From a virus: a stretch of DNA of 64,000 nt. Each line of letters starts with the position of its first letter. Positions within the stretch are counted from its first letter, which is position 1. The position numbers and the translations under genes were made by a program. The stretch lies in the UHGV virus genome UHGV-0144373; one strand, 5' to 3'. Below are positions 60,757 to 64,000 of the stretch, piece after piece. The notes under the pieces were generated by a model. That model was not told where the DNA came from, ran no database searches, and saw only the letters and a program-made list of their open reading frames with translations.

Positions 60757-61155
60757 ATGAAAACAGAATCTAGAGTAATTAATGGTAAGAAAGTGAATAT
60801 CATTCTGCTTGGGGCAAGAGATGGTATTAGGATGTCTATGAAGTTGGGTAAAATTGTTGTTCCAACTTTTGCACAGATGCTGTCAAGTCTGACTGACAAG
60901 GGTAAGAAAGAAGCTCCAATGGTTCCATTTAAAGAACTTGTTGAAGCTTGTTTTGACAGAATTGAAGAAATTAACCTTGAAGAAATGGCTACCCTGTTAT
61001 TTCAAGGGGCAACTGTTGATGACTTCCCACTTAATATTGATACGTACTTCCAAGCAAACTACGGTGAGTTTATTGATTACTTAGCATTTGCGCTGGAGGC
61101 AAACTTCGGAAGTTTTTTCGAAGCAAGCATTTTCAAAAGCCTAACTTCTCAGTAA
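60757..61155 (+). CDS. tail assembly chaperone (G-like)
   Basis: 132 aa immediately upstream of tape measure; slippery heptamer TTTTTTC near the 3' end. Confidence 0.5.
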   Translation: MKTESRVINGKKVNIILLGARDGIRMSMKLGKIVVPTFAQMLSSLTDKGKKEAPMVPFKELVEACFDRIEEINLEEMATLLFQGATVDDFPLNIDTYFQANYGEFIDYLAFALEANFGSFFEASIFKSLTSQ

Positions 61156-61157
61156 AC

Positions 61158-61396
61158 ATGGGTAACACTCTACAGACACCACTAACTGATGCTGCTGTAG
61201 AGGCAACCTATGAAGAAGCAGACGAGATGAAATTTGTGCTTGCTATTTATGGTATGGAAGGGTGTAAAGAAACACTTGACCAACTCTTTGCTATGACATT
61301 CTCTGATTTATTATCATTGAGACAATTTCTTGAGATTCAGAGGTCGTATAAAGAGGAAATTGCTTACAACGAACTTAGAAGAGCAGGAAAAATGTA

Positions 61397-61397
<1 letters not shown>
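61158..61397 (+). CDS. tail assembly chaperone -1 frame extension (T-like)
   Basis: ORF in the -1 frame relative to 60757-61155; frame open from the slippery site at 61113-61119 through to 61397. Confidence 0.45.

Positions 61398-64000
<2,603 letters not shown>

Overview
64-kb window from a virulent tailed dsDNA phage (AT-rich; no integrase, transposase or CRISPR seen). (1) 1-27.7 kb, + strand: replication and nucleotide metabolism: 3' part of a DnaB-type helicase, acidic-tailed SSB-like protein, FEN-type 5'-3' exonuclease, class Ia RNR (nrdA, nrdB) plus a glutaredoxin-like redoxin, anaerobic class III RNR (nrdD, nrdG), GIY-YIG-like and HNH-like endonuclease ORFs, a four-member tandem paralog family, an adjacent PRPP-synthetase-like and nicotinamide-phosphoribosyltransferase-like pair, rIIA/rIIB-like genes, an overlapped spanin-like pair and a macrodomain protein. 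(2) 27.7-36 kb: iteron-like direct repeats, then 14 small ORFs each with its own conserved upstream cassette (two classes), ending in a 1.65-kb ORF-free repeat-dense region where + and - transcription converge. (3) 36-42.2 kb, - strand: small unknown genes, a GH24 lysozyme and two paralogs, one with an Ig-like domain. (4) 42.4-64 kb, + strand: vWA-domain protein, about 27 tRNA genes in three blocks interleaved with structured repeat elements and two embedded CDSs, then morphogenesis genes (terminase large subunit, portal, S49 protease/scaffold, HK97-fold capsid, neck proteins, tail sheath and tube, tail chaperones with a -1 frameshift site, tape measure, partial downstream tail gene). Gene content resembles tRNA-rich virulent myoviruses such as Felix O1-like phages; that attribution is from memory, not a search. 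All tRNA folds, motif matches and start-codon choices were made by eye, so tRNA boundaries are approximate (about +/-3 nt) and functional calls without a named motif are tentative. The most interesting signals are the small-ORF cassette island, the repeat-dense non-coding region, the Prs-like/Nampt-like pair and the structured elements in the tRNA array.
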